From Candidatus Babelota bacterium (GTDB taxonomy: Bacteria > Babelota > Babeliae > Babelales > Vermiphilaceae), in the NCBI GenBank assembly GCA_039809905.1, contig JBDHVY010000001.1, positions 540,001-572,000 on the forward strand: 32,000 bases of DNA. Reading direction: 5' to 3'. The position numbers and the translations under genes were made by a program. Numbering within the stretch: position 1 is the stretch's first letter; every line of letters starts with the position of its first letter. The notes under the pieces are model-generated. The model searched no databases, had not been told where the DNA came from, and saw only the letters and a list, made by a program, of their open reading frames with translations. Below, piece by piece: positions 8,356-17,696 of the stretch.

Positions 8356-9975
8356 TTAAAACGATACTCCCATTTTTGCCCAAATCACCCATCTGCGTGG
8401 AACAGCATCATTATTTTTTGAGAAGGTAAATGAACCACCTACATTACCAAATAATGGATATTCTCTTTCATAAAGATGGAATCCTAATGTACCATACAAC
8501 GTGTTGCTTAATATTGCAGGTGTTGCAGCGGTATTAAGATCAAGATCTGTTACTTGAACAAGAGCTGTTTCATATCGTGCTGATGAAATCGGAATTAAAA
8601 GTACACCTGGTGCCGGAGGAGTGGTAGCTGGTAAATCAATACTGCTTACAACTTGCTCATAGTATGGATTACCATTGATCGTACGAATTGGGTTTGTTTG
8701 GCCCGCACCTAAGAAATGTTTTAATGCTACAACTGGTTTCCATTGACATTCAAGCTCAACTTTTTCAGCCCGTTTTGCAAGGAAGTTATACCCAACTTCT
8801 GCCTGAAACCTTCTGCATGTAAATACAAATGCCGTATTGATATCATGCGTCAAACCAGGAGTTACTTTTACTTCTTGCGTAAATACATTTATACCAGGCG
8901 TTGACATGTTGGCACGATGAGGATCAGTTGCTGGCAATGCAAATGCTTCTGCTGCTTCTTCTTGGCTTGCGTAAACGGGTAAGTAACGGCTCCATGGTCT
9001 ATTTTTTAAATCAAAAGAACGCACTTGATCTTTTTTAAATAAAATTTCAGTATGATTAGCTAATTCATATCGGATGTTTTTATCACCATCGTCACTATTC
9101 CAAATCTCTAGACCTAAACAGCTACCAAACATAATACCAAAGTATTTACCTCGTCCTACAATTGGCTCAAAAACATATTCGCCTTCATTTCTGTTACCCG
9201 TTGGAATAACAAGACCTAAATAGGATTCCATATGCGCTGGCTCATGCTGCAACCATTCATAGCCTACTTTAAATTCAATATCAGCCAATCCTGTTTTTTT
9301 CATAGATGAATTTGCACATATTTTACCATACTTCCAATCTGATTGCGCAAATGCTTCTGTCATATTAGCAACAACTACATCATTTGCTGCTTCATCCGCT
9401 CCGCCACCGTTGTTTACAATAAACTCACAAAAATTCATATCATTTTTAACATGCTGAATTGAAGTAGAAGCACTTAACCAGAAACCTCTTCCAATATTAT
9501 GGTTTTTCCAAAAACTATATCTTCCATGAAGACCTAAACCAATAATGCTTTGTTGTGGTGAAATAGTAATATTACTTTGAAAGTCTTTATTAATCGTAAA
9601 AATATTAAAATCTTGTGCTAAAAGATTTTGCTTACCAAATCCTGCTTGCCCTTCAACGGGTCCAACTTCAGCAACGCTGAGTTTTTCTTGGCCATCAAAG
9701 AAGAAATAACGTGCTAAATCATCTCCATTAGTTGTACGACTACCAAGAAGAACTGCTTGAAATACTCCTCCATGCCCATCCTCCGGAAGAAGATTACGAT
9801 CAGAGCGGCATCCTGAAACAAGCTCAGGCGTTTGTGATACAAAAAGTGGATGTATTGCCAATACTGATTTACCTGTTGCCTCTAACAAAGAACTATCAGT
9901 AACGTTGCAATTACCATACAGATGTGCTCCCATGAAACTTATAAGCAGTAGAGGCAATATATTGCGATGTTTCAT
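8356..9975 (-). CDS. Outer-membrane beta-barrel protein (porin/MOMP-like), 539 aa
   Basis: Strong SD (aaggagaagaATG). Signal peptide MKHRNILPLLLISFMGAHLYG. Alternating hydrophobic/Gly-rich strands. C-terminal beta-signal ...WAKMGVSF ends in Phe. Exact family not determinable by eye. Confidence 0.7.
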   Translation of the reverse strand: MKHRNILPLLLISFMGAHLYGNCNVTDSSLLEATGKSVLAIHPLFVSQTPELVSGCRSDRNLLPEDGHGGVFQAVLLGSRTTNGDDLARYFFFDGQEKLSVAEVGPVEGQAGFGKQNLLAQDFNIFTINKDFQSNITISPQQSIIGLGLHGRYSFWKNHNIGRGFWLSASTSIQHVKNDMNFCEFIVNNGGGADEAANDVVVANMTEAFAQSDWKYGKICANSSMKKTGLADIEFKVGYEWLQHEPAHMESYLGLVIPTGNRNEGEYVFEPIVGRGKYFGIMFGSCLGLEIWNSDDGDKNIRYELANHTEILFKKDQVRSFDLKNRPWSRYLPVYASQEEAAEAFALPATDPHRANMSTPGINVFTQEVKVTPGLTHDINTAFVFTCRRFQAEVGYNFLAKRAEKVELECQWKPVVALKHFLGAGQTNPIRTINGNPYYEQVVSSIDLPATTPPAPGVLLIPISSARYETALVQVTDLDLNTAATPAILSNTLYGTLGFHLYEREYPLFGNVGGSFTFSKNNDAVPRRWVIWAKMGVSF

Positions 9976-10059
9976 TCTTCTCCTTTTTTGTGTTTAATTC
10001 ACCTATTCGGTTTTTTACTCTTGTTGTATTGTGTAACATGGATGGAAGCGGTAAGTCAA

Positions 10060-10194
10060 TAGCAACGCTGTTGCTATGGGGTCCCCGGCGGTTTAAGCTG
10101 GGGGTAGAAGATTAATGCCAAATATAGTTGGGCACCCCACAAAAACAAAGTTTTTGTGCTGATGGCCGAATAAGATTGGGGATTATAATCTTAT
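10060..10194. other. GC-rich multi-hairpin island in the OMP/hisS divergent intergenic region (candidate structured leader or small RNA)
   Basis: Hairpins: TAGCAAC-gct-GTTGCTA (10060-10076); CCCCGGC-ggtttaa-GCTGGGG (10083-10103, one G-T pair); enclosing helix TGGGGT (10077-82) / ACCCCA (10134-39); CACAAAAAC-aaa-GTTTTTGTG (10138-10158); ATAAGATT-ggggattat-AATCTTAT (10170-10194). Visibly more GC-rich than the flanks. Confidence 0.35.
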
Positions 10195-10264
10195 CTGTCC
10201 TTAAAATCAAAAATCGTTTACACTCTTAATAATAAAAATCCACTCTTAAATACAGGATTGCCTA

Positions 10265-11524
10265 ATGATTCCACGCGTCAAAGGAACACAAGATTTTATC
10301 GATTGCACCCTCTTCAACTTTATTATCGATTCAATCAAAAAACATCTCACTTTCTATCACTTCACAGAGATTCAAACACCTATATTAGAATCAGTTGATC
10401 TATTTGTACGATCATTGGGAACACATACTGATGTAGTATCAAAAGAAATGTTTTTGATAGAATCACGGCAAGAAAGCAGTGAAGGTAGAATTTGTTTACG
10501 TCCAGAAGGAACCGCACCAACTGTACGCGCATTTAATGAGCATCATATTCAAACTATACCGTGGAAAGTTTTTGCATGGGGTCCAATGTTTCGGTACGAA
10601 CGTCCCCAAAAAGGAAGATTCCGTCAATTTCATCAAGTTACCATGGAAATTATTGGTTCAGGATCTGTTGCAGAAGATGTGCAATTTATCACCATGCTTG
10701 ATCGTTTTTTTCACGAAAATTTAAAATTACATAACTATGCACTGGTGCTTAATTTCCTCGGTTGTTCAGATGATCGTGAAAAATTTCTTGTTACGTTAAA
10801 AAAATTTTTAGACAAACCTGGTATCGTTGAAAATATCTGTGCTCAGTGCAGAGAACGCAAAGAACACAATATCATGCGTATTTTCGATTGCAAAAATCCA
10901 CAGTGCCAAGAACTTTATAAAACAGCTCCGCACATTGCTGATAATTTGTGTGCGCAATGCTCACAAGAGTGGCAAGATTTACAAAATCAGTTATCGCTTT
11001 TATCTGTTTCTTATGCATACAAGCCAACATTAGTACGTGGTCTTGATTATTACAACAAAACAGTATTTGAATTTGTGAGCAAAGATCTTGGCGCTCAAGA
11101 TACTTTTTGCGGTGGAGGACGCTATAATCAATTAGTTAAAGAACTTGGAAATAAACAAGATCAACCTGCAATTGGAGCAGGTCTTGGTATAGAACGCCTT
11201 ATGCTTTTGCTTGAACCATTGCGTGATCAATTGCATATTGCGCATGCACCAGCACTTCACATGATTATTCCTATGAAATCTTCACAGCATACACTTGCAT
11301 TACTCCTTGCAGATGAATTACGAGCTCACAACATTTGTACCGATATTATTCTGGAAGGTTCTATGAAAAGTATGATGCGTAAAGCAAGCAGTTTTGGTGC
11401 AGCATATGCATTAATCTTAGGCGAAACAGAGCAACAAAATCGCACCGTTATGGTCAAAAATATGGTGACTGGAACTGAAGAATCTGTTGCTCAAGTTGAT
11501 CTGGTAAAATATTTAAAGAAATAA
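10265..11524 (+). CDS. hisS: Histidyl-tRNA synthetase
   Basis: Class II HisRS motifs: RPEGTAPTVRAF, GPMFRYERPQKGRFRQFHQ, GGGRYNQL, AIGAGLGIERL, and a C-terminal anticodon-binding domain. Confidence 0.95.
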   Translation: MIPRVKGTQDFIDCTLFNFIIDSIKKHLTFYHFTEIQTPILESVDLFVRSLGTHTDVVSKEMFLIESRQESSEGRICLRPEGTAPTVRAFNEHHIQTIPWKVFAWGPMFRYERPQKGRFRQFHQVTMEIIGSGSVAEDVQFITMLDRFFHENLKLHNYALVLNFLGCSDDREKFLVTLKKFLDKPGIVENICAQCRERKEHNIMRIFDCKNPQCQELYKTAPHIADNLCAQCSQEWQDLQNQLSLLSVSYAYKPTLVRGLDYYNKTVFEFVSKDLGAQDTFCGGGRYNQLVKELGNKQDQPAIGAGLGIERLMLLLEPLRDQLHIAHAPALHMIIPMKSSQHTLALLLADELRAHNICTDIILEGSMKSMMRKASSFGAAYALILGETEQQNRTVMVKNMVTGTEESVAQVDLVKYLKK

Positions 11525-11544
11525 CTAACATTTCAGAAAATCCT

Positions 11545-11778
11545 ATGCAATCACCAATCAATCACATTCAACCTGGCCAAATATGGCGCCATTATAAAAA
11601 TAAAGATTATCGTATAATCGCTGTTTCATGTTGTACCGAAACTTTACAACGGTATGTTGTGTATGAAGCGCTCTATAAAAATGAAGTGAGCACAATCTGG
11701 CATCGCCCATTAGACATGTTTTTAGAAACAGTGGAATTTGAAGGAATGCACGTGCCACGATTTAAACATATTGAATAA
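11545..11778 (+). CDS. DUF1653-family small protein
   Basis: IWRHYKNKDYRII...VVYEALY...WHRPLDMFLETVEFEGMHVPRFKHI matches my recollection of the DUF1653 consensus (YRHYKG..Y....VVY.ALYG...W.RPL.MF...V...G..VPRF). Lies 20 nt after hisS. Confidence 0.75.
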   Translation: MQSPINHIQPGQIWRHYKNKDYRIIAVSCCTETLQRYVVYEALYKNEVSTIWHRPLDMFLETVEFEGMHVPRFKHIE

Positions 11779-11783
11779 CAAAA

Positions 11784-11812
11784 GAAGCTCCGCTAAAAAC
11801 GGAGCTTTTTTA
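11784..11812. terminator. Bidirectional intrinsic terminator
   Basis: AGCTCCG (11786-92) / CGGAGCT (11800-06) with loop ctaaaaa, followed by TTTTT. An A-run upstream allows function on both strands between the convergent genes. Confidence 0.8.
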
Positions 11813-11821
11813 CTATCCAAA

Positions 11822-12295
11822 TCAATCAAAATCATCCAGATCAATCGATAATTTTGAAAATTCTTTTGATAAATAAACAAAAGAAGCTTGTCTGCGCATT
11901 TCAATTAAACATGGAAAAATTTCATCATTTTCTCGAGGATGAAAAAGAGGATAGAATGGTAAAATTTTTTCTCGCTCATGAGAACTATTACCTAAACGAA
12001 AATGATAATATATGCAATCATTCTCGCTCAATCGGCATCCAATTGTTTTTGTTTTGAAAAATTCTTTTTGTAGCATTATAGTTGGTTTTTTTAAAGCTAT
12101 TAAAAAAAAATTAATCTTATCACTGTTATTTTTATTATTTTTTCCACACAACTGTTTAATTAACCAATATTTAGCTATATCATTTCTATCAATTATCTTT
12201 ACCGTATACTCATTTAAACTTGAATCATGTCCACCAAAAATTATTACATTAGACCACAGTAACGCAAAAAATAGACAAAAATTATATCGTTTCAT
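11822..12295 (-). CDS. Hypothetical exported protein (orphan), 157 aa
   Basis: ATG preceded by an aggat SD. Signal-like MKRYNFCLFFALLWSNVIIFG. No family recognised. Confidence 0.55.
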   Translation of the reverse strand: MKRYNFCLFFALLWSNVIIFGGHDSSLNEYTVKIIDRNDIAKYWLIKQLCGKNNKNNSDKINFFLIALKKPTIMLQKEFFKTKTIGCRLSENDCIYYHFRLGNSSHEREKILPFYPLFHPRENDEIFPCLIEMRRQASFVYLSKEFSKLSIDLDDFD

Positions 12296-12315
12296 GATAA
12301 TCCTAGACTACTATT

Positions 12316-12333
12316 GAGTATCGAAAGATACTC
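12316..12333. other. Short perfect hairpin with GAAA tetraloop in a divergent intergenic region
   Basis: GAGTATC-GAAA-GATACTC, about 40 nt upstream of the pfkB-kinase start. Function unknown. Confidence 0.25.
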
Positions 12334-12371
12334 CATAATATCACAACATTTCTATTGAAATAAGGAATTTA

Positions 12372-13469
12372 ATGAAAAAAATAATAACTATCGGCAGCGC
12401 CATGCAAGATGTTTTTACCGAATATGAAGGTGTTGAAACATTGCATTTGCATACCAAGGAAGAAGATTTATCATATGTGTGCATGCGCGCCGGCAGAAAA
12501 ATAGAAATAAAACAGCTCACCTATTATTGTGGTGGTGGAGCATGCAATAGTGCCGTATCCTTTGCTCGCTTTGGATTTGATGTTTCAATTTTTTGTAAAA
12601 TAGGTCATGATCAGGCAGGTAATTTTATAATACAATCACTCAGTACCGAAAACGTTGCAACTCATCATATTATCACCGCAGAAAATGCCCCAACAGGCAA
12701 TTCTTTTATCGTTCCTGGGCCGCAAGGTAATAGCGCAGTTTTAGTGTATCGTGGGGCAAATATAACAATGTCAGAAAAAGATATTCCAACATCTGCTATT
12801 ATGCAAGCGGACCAATTATATATCACCTCACTGAGCGGCCCTGCTGCGCCATTATTAATTCCTATTGCAAAGCTTGCAAAAGAACACAATAAACGCGTAG
12901 CAATAAATCCTGGAACGAGTCAATTACATGCAGGAGCTGAATATCTCAAAGAAGCATTAGAAAACATTGATATCTTAATTTTAAATAGTTATGAAGCTGA
13001 ATTATTAATGACTTCATTGGTAGTACAATTGCCACCGCTGGAAATTAAAGAATCACCAGATGCAATGTTGCCTGAATTACTTAAAAAACCTCTGGGATCA
13101 ACCACAACAATGTTTACCTTAGAACAATTTTTTACAACAGTGCATGGACATGGACCTCACATAATTGTAGTGACCAATGGAGCAGAAGGTGTTTATGCAT
13201 CAGATACGCATACCATTTATTTTCACCCAAGCATTAAAATAGATATTGTCAGCAGTATAGGTGCAGGCGATGCATTTGGTTCGTGTTTTGTTGCAGAATT
13301 AAATAATAATGCGTCAATTGATGATGCACTGCGTGCGGGAATCATTAATAGTGCATCAGTTATTCAACATCTTGGGACGCAAACAGGGTTGCTCACAGCT
13401 CAAGAGATTATTACAAAACGCGAAAAACTTGATAAAACTCTTCTTAAAAAGTATGACTTCAAAAAGTAG
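12372..13469 (+). CDS. pfkB/ribokinase-family carbohydrate kinase
   Basis: SD aaggaat. pfkB signature 1 region GGGACNSAVSFARFGFDV and signature 2 GAGDAFGSCFVAEL. Substrate not assignable. Confidence 0.85.
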   Translation: MKKIITIGSAMQDVFTEYEGVETLHLHTKEEDLSYVCMRAGRKIEIKQLTYYCGGGACNSAVSFARFGFDVSIFCKIGHDQAGNFIIQSLSTENVATHHIITAENAPTGNSFIVPGPQGNSAVLVYRGANITMSEKDIPTSAIMQADQLYITSLSGPAAPLLIPIAKLAKEHNKRVAINPGTSQLHAGAEYLKEALENIDILILNSYEAELLMTSLVVQLPPLEIKESPDAMLPELLKKPLGSTTTMFTLEQFFTTVHGHGPHIIVVTNGAEGVYASDTHTIYFHPSIKIDIVSSIGAGDAFGSCFVAELNNNASIDDALRAGIINSASVIQHLGTQTGLLTAQEIITKREKLDKTLLKKYDFKK

Positions 13470-13490
13470 TATTAACTCATGGGAGAGAAA

Positions 13491-16202
13491 ATGATAAAAG
13501 CATATCAAACAGATAGTGAAATTATTGCCCAAACACTCGCCGTTGATAGTGAACAAGGCTTATCGCACCAAGAGGTTGCACGCAGACAAAAAACTCACGG
13601 ATATAACACGTTAAAAACAGTAAAACAAAAAAATGTTTTTTCTATTTTCATAAGTCAGTTTCAAAATCCACTTGTATACATTCTTTTTTTTGCTGCACTC
13701 ATTATTTTTATCTTTGGAGAAGATAAACTAGATGCTTTTATTATCAGCGGCGTTCTTTTTTTTAACGCTATTCTTGGCACCGTACAAGAAACACGCACCA
13801 AAAATATTGTTGAAAGTCTTAAGCAGTATATCAAAGCAGAATCTGTCGTGCTGCGCAATGGCAAAAAAACAGTTGTTGAAGACAGAGAACTTGTTGTTGG
13901 CGATATTATTTTTTTGCAAGAAGGCCAACGCGTCCCTGCTGATGCACGCATCATTGTATCAAATAATATGCGTGTAGATGAAGCTGTATTGACAGGTGAA
14001 GCACATGCAACAGAAAAGATTGCTGATACATTACCGCGCGAACTACCTTTGGGCGATCAAAAAAACATGCTCTTTAAAGGTACCTATATTTTAACAGGAT
14101 CAGGCAAAGCAATTGTTACCGGAATTGGAACTGATACTGAAATTGGAAAAATACAGGTTATCACGGAAGAAATAGATACCGATATTCCCTTGCGCAAAGA
14201 ACTTGAACGTCTTTCGCATTGGATTTTAATTTTTATTTTAATTACGTGTCTCTTTTTGTTTGGTATCGGTATTTTTACCGGTAAACCAATCAAAGAATTG
14301 CTTGTGATGCTCACTGCTCTTTTTATTTGTGTTGTACCTGAAGGGCTTCCTGTTGTGCTTACTCTTATTCTTGTTGCTGGTGCATTGCAAATGGCAAAAC
14401 ATTTTGTGTTAGTACGAAATATGCAAGCCGTTGAAGCATTAGGACGTACCAATGTTATTGTTATTGATAAAACAGGAACATTAACACGAAACGAAATGAT
14501 TGTTTCTCGCGTATGTACTGCAGAAGGTATCTGCACTGTTACCGGACAAGGTTATGATATTCAGGGAACTTTATATAAAGATGATCTACCTATTCAAGAA
14601 TTTGCATCTGATAGTAATCTCGTAAAAATGGGAATTGCGGCATCATTATTGAATAATGCCGAAATCATTCATGTACCAAAACTTAATATTTTCAATATTA
14701 AGGGAGATCCAACTGAAGCAGCTTTAGCTATTTTTTCACAAAAAATGGGAACTATTATTCCCCAAGAAGTTGCACACTATACAAAATTATACGAAATTCC
14801 TTTTGATTCTGTTATGCGCTATCATGCAGGCTTTTATAAAAAAAATAATAAATGTATCGCCTTTATCATTGGATCACCAGAAGCAATTATAAAACGATCC
14901 GATTATGATAAAACCAACATAGATCTTCCATTAAACAATTTATTAGAAGAAGGTTTGCGCACGGTTGCTTTTGGCATGAAACAATTACCATTACATGCAT
15001 GCGATCATTTTACTACTATTGAAGAATATCGAGCAGTTCTTGATACAGATATTCAACTGTTAGGATTTGCGGGAATTGAAGATTCCATCAGAAAAGAAGT
15101 AAAAACTGTTATACAAGATGCACGTAATGCTGGTTTATCGATTATCATGGCAACAGGTGATCATCACGTAACCGCATTGAATGTAGCAAAAACAGTTGGT
15201 ATTTTTCGCTCTGGCGATGATACGATTGATGGTTCAGAAATAGACACTATTTCTGATGCCGATTTACTCAAACGCATTACTCATATAACGGTATTTTCTC
15301 GTGTATCGGCACAACATAAAATGCGTATTGTACAACTATTACAACGATCAGGAAAAATTGTTGCAATGACCGGAGATGGCATTAATGATGCACCTTCGTT
15401 GGTAACAGCAGATCTTGGCATAGCTATGGGAAGTTCCACAGAAGTTGCCAAACAAGCTTCTGATTTGGTGCTTCTCAATGATTCTTTTGTAACTATTATT
15501 GATGCAATCGAACAAGGACGTCACATTTTTTACACACTCAAACGAATTGTACTTTATTTTTTTTCTACCAACATGGGAGAAATTTTAATTGTGTTTTTTG
15601 CCCTACTTGCAAGTCTTATTACAAAAACAGATATGCCACTGCCCATAACTGCGGTACAAATTTTATGGCTCAATTTAGTCACTGATGGTTTTTTAGATGT
15701 TGGTCTTTCAATGGAGCCAAAAGAACCACATTTATTACATCAATCGTGGCTTGCAAAAAAACAACGATTAATTGATGGAACCTTATTGCTTAAAATGTTG
15801 TTTATGGCAATTCCTATGGGCATTGGTTCATTGTGTATCTTTCTGTGCTATTATCAAACAGATCTTGTGTACGCTCGCACCATGACGCTTATCACCATGG
15901 CAATGTATCAATGGTTTAATGCATGGAACTGTAGATCTGAAACACGTTCATTATATGACTTGGGATTATTTTCTAATCTTTGGCTTATTGCGGTAATGGC
16001 GCTCGTGCTTTTTCTGCAATCAGCAATTGTATACATTCCTTTTATGCGCCATATTTTTAAAACTGTTCCACTTTCTGCACAAGATTGGATTGTTATTGTT
16101 GCCATTACCGCACCAATTATTGTTATAGAAGAAATCAGAAAATATATTGTACGTAGTTTGACGCATACAACCAAAAATAGTAAAGTAGAGCAAAAGTCAT
16201 AA
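13491..16202 (+). CDS. P-type cation-transporting ATPase (type II, Ca2+/Mg2+-ATPase-like)
   Basis: DKTGTLT phosphorylation site, PEGLPVV (TM4), MATGDHHVTA, TGDGINDAPSL hinge, and about 10 TM segments. The ORF opens at 13479, but GGAG at 13482-85 favours the ATG at 13491. Confidence 0.9.
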   Translation: MIKAYQTDSEIIAQTLAVDSEQGLSHQEVARRQKTHGYNTLKTVKQKNVFSIFISQFQNPLVYILFFAALIIFIFGEDKLDAFIISGVLFFNAILGTVQETRTKNIVESLKQYIKAESVVLRNGKKTVVEDRELVVGDIIFLQEGQRVPADARIIVSNNMRVDEAVLTGEAHATEKIADTLPRELPLGDQKNMLFKGTYILTGSGKAIVTGIGTDTEIGKIQVITEEIDTDIPLRKELERLSHWILIFILITCLFLFGIGIFTGKPIKELLVMLTALFICVVPEGLPVVLTLILVAGALQMAKHFVLVRNMQAVEALGRTNVIVIDKTGTLTRNEMIVSRVCTAEGICTVTGQGYDIQGTLYKDDLPIQEFASDSNLVKMGIAASLLNNAEIIHVPKLNIFNIKGDPTEAALAIFSQKMGTIIPQEVAHYTKLYEIPFDSVMRYHAGFYKKNNKCIAFIIGSPEAIIKRSDYDKTNIDLPLNNLLEEGLRTVAFGMKQLPLHACDHFTTIEEYRAVLDTDIQLLGFAGIEDSIRKEVKTVIQDARNAGLSIIMATGDHHVTALNVAKTVGIFRSGDDTIDGSEIDTISDADLLKRITHITVFSRVSAQHKMRIVQLLQRSGKIVAMTGDGINDAPSLVTADLGIAMGSSTEVAKQASDLVLLNDSFVTIIDAIEQGRHIFYTLKRIVLYFFSTNMGEILIVFFALLASLITKTDMPLPITAVQILWLNLVTDGFLDVGLSMEPKEPHLLHQSWLAKKQRLIDGTLLLKMLFMAIPMGIGSLCIFLCYYQTDLVYARTMTLITMAMYQWFNAWNCRSETRSLYDLGLFSNLWLIAVMALVLFLQSAIVYIPFMRHIFKTVPLSAQDWIVIVAITAPIIVIEEIRKYIVRSLTHTTKNSKVEQKS

Positions 16203-16227
16203 AGAAAAAATGTGAAAAGGAATTTTG

Positions 16228-16947
16228 ATGAACAATCGTATGATTACTGCAACAACTTTGTGTGTAACTTTAATAGCTACTTCTTTTACTCATGCAGAAG
16301 ATAAAGGAGCAACTGTTGTAAAAAAAGATACATCACTTGTAAAAACAGCACCTGTTACTGCAAAAAATCTTTCTGCTGCTGATGTTATGGGAGATAGAAA
16401 TATCACTATTGATGCAACGATTGCTTTTGTTGAATCATTCACTATCATGGGTGAATGCCAAGAAGGCCAACACGCTCGTCAAGAAATTGAACATAAACGT
16501 GATCTAGCAACGCAAGACATCCAAGAAGAATCAAAGAAATTTGAAAAAGCGAAAACAGACTACATGGCAAAAGCAACTATGATGTCTGATGCAGCACGTG
16601 AAAAAGAAGAAAAAAAATTGATGAAACTAGAACGTGAAATCAAAACACTTGTAGCTGAAAAAGAAGAAGAATTAAAGCTTGATATGCAAGCAGCAACTGA
16701 ATTATTAGCGCAAGGATTAGAGGCTGGTGTAGCAAAACTTGCTAAAAATGAAAACTTAGATGTTGTCTTTGACAAAATGACCGGCCGAGCAATTTATGTT
16801 TCAGAAAAATTTGATTACACCACTAAAGCAATTAAAGAAGTAGATAAAAACTACGAAATCAAACTTGCACAAAATAAACAAGCTGAAACTGCTTTGAAAG
16901 TTGCGGACAATAAAACTGCTCCAAAATCAGCTAAAGCTGGTGCATAA
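16228..16947 (+). CDS. OmpH/Skp-like periplasmic chaperone
   Basis: Signal peptide ...ATSFTHA followed by ED. The layout matches Skp: IAFVESFTIM...GQHARQEIEHK, a long K/E coiled arm (MSDAAREKEEKKLMKLEREIK), and AKNENLDVVFDK...IYVSEKFDYTTKAIKEVDKNY. SD aaaagga sits 6 nt before the ATG at 16228; the track uses the TTG at 16225. Confidence 0.7.
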   Translation: MNNRMITATTLCVTLIATSFTHAEDKGATVVKKDTSLVKTAPVTAKNLSAADVMGDRNITIDATIAFVESFTIMGECQEGQHARQEIEHKRDLATQDIQEESKKFEKAKTDYMAKATMMSDAAREKEEKKLMKLEREIKTLVAEKEEELKLDMQAATELLAQGLEAGVAKLAKNENLDVVFDKMTGRAIYVSEKFDYTTKAIKEVDKNYEIKLAQNKQAETALKVADNKTAPKSAKAGA

Positions 16948-16974
16948 CAGACATATCATGATAATGTAAATTGA

Positions 16975-17004
16975 GCGGCTGGTTATTTTCCAGCCGCCTT
17001 TTTA
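16975..17004 (+). terminator. Intrinsic terminator ending the kinase-ATPase-skp co-directional block
   Basis: GCGGCTGG (16975-82) / CCAGCCGC (16990-97) with loop ttatttt, then cttttt. Confidence 0.85.
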
Positions 17005-17020
17005 TTGATAAGGATTTTTT

Positions 17021-17692
17021 ATGAAAAAAATACTCTTAACTTTCACCTTCTTCACTTTTATTACCATTATTTCCAGTGATAATCCTTATACGATTAAACT
17101 TCTTACAAAAGAAGAGATCGAGCCACTTACCCCATTTATAGCACAACTGCGCTTCAACACATTTCAAAAATATCCCTATCTCTACGCTATGAATAAAAAA
17201 GATGAATTAAAAGAAGCCGAAAAATTTACCTCCTATTCTCCAGCTCTAGCTGTTGCGTATCATAATGATGTTCCTATTGGTTTTTTGCGAGGTATAGACT
17301 TTTCTTTATATGCACATGTTGAAGAATTTGAAAATGATATCATCCAAGAATTTAAAAAAGAAGGATTAGATCCAGAAAAATATTATTATTTTACCGACAT
17401 CATTATTATGCCAGAACATAGAGGCAACAAGTTAGCTCCTCAATTATTTGCAACTCTCGAAGCACATGGTCAAAAACTAGGCTATCAATCATTCTGTTTT
17501 CTTACAGAGCATCACCACAATCATCCACTAAAACCAAAAGATCATAAATCACTAGTACCATTGTGGCATAATCTTGGATACACTAAATCATCCATCATAG
17601 GATATGATACCTGTCCAACATATCAAGTTGATGGGACCATAAAACCCGAAAAACATCCATACGCTTTTTGGCTTAAGGATATAACAAAATAA
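17021..17692 (+). CDS. GNAT-like acetyltransferase with N-terminal signal-like segment
   Basis: DIIIMPEHRGNKLAPQLFATLEAHGQKLGYQS resembles GNAT motif A (beta4-alpha3, R-G-x-x-[LIA]). N-terminus MKKILLTFTFFTFITIISS. Assignment is tentative. Confidence 0.5.
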   Translation: MKKILLTFTFFTFITIISSDNPYTIKLLTKEEIEPLTPFIAQLRFNTFQKYPYLYAMNKKDELKEAEKFTSYSPALAVAYHNDVPIGFLRGIDFSLYAHVEEFENDIIQEFKKEGLDPEKYYYFTDIIIMPEHRGNKLAPQLFATLEAHGQKLGYQSFCFLTEHHHNHPLKPKDHKSLVPLWHNLGYTKSSIIGYDTCPTYQVDGTIKPEKHPYAFWLKDITK

Positions 17693-17696
17693 AGAT

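Noticed and set aside
10077-10139. Possible tRNA gene on the minus strand (acceptor-like helix plus a 7-nt-loop arm)
   Set aside because: It is only about 63 nt and has no D-arm. The arm stem is 7 bp rather than 5. The loop TTAAACC lacks the T-loop TTCRA consensus, and no credible anticodon arm is present. It is kept only as a generic structured element.
9976-10264. T-box or other known riboswitch leader upstream of hisS
   Set aside because: I found no T-box consensus (AGGGUGGNACCGCG), no terminator/antiterminator pair with a U-tract before the hisS start, and no riboswitch core motif I could recognise.
10830-10975. Cys cluster in HisRS (CAQC...CKNPQC...CAQC) as a novel zinc-binding insertion
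   Set aside because: Cys-containing versions of the HisRS insertion domain occur in other bacteria as far as I recall. It is probably ordinary family variation and not checkable here.
12012-12317. 101-aa plus-strand ORF opposite 11822..12295
   Set aside because: Low-complexity, F/L/I-rich mirror of the minus-strand ORF. It has no SD, whereas the minus-strand ORF has an SD and a signal peptide.
13661-16174. Several antisense or alternate-frame ORFs within the P-type ATPase gene (e.g. 13661..13954, 14084..14536, 15281..15478, 15908..16174)
   Set aside because: They are fully nested in a gene with unambiguous P-type ATPase motifs along its whole length, and they have no independent signals.
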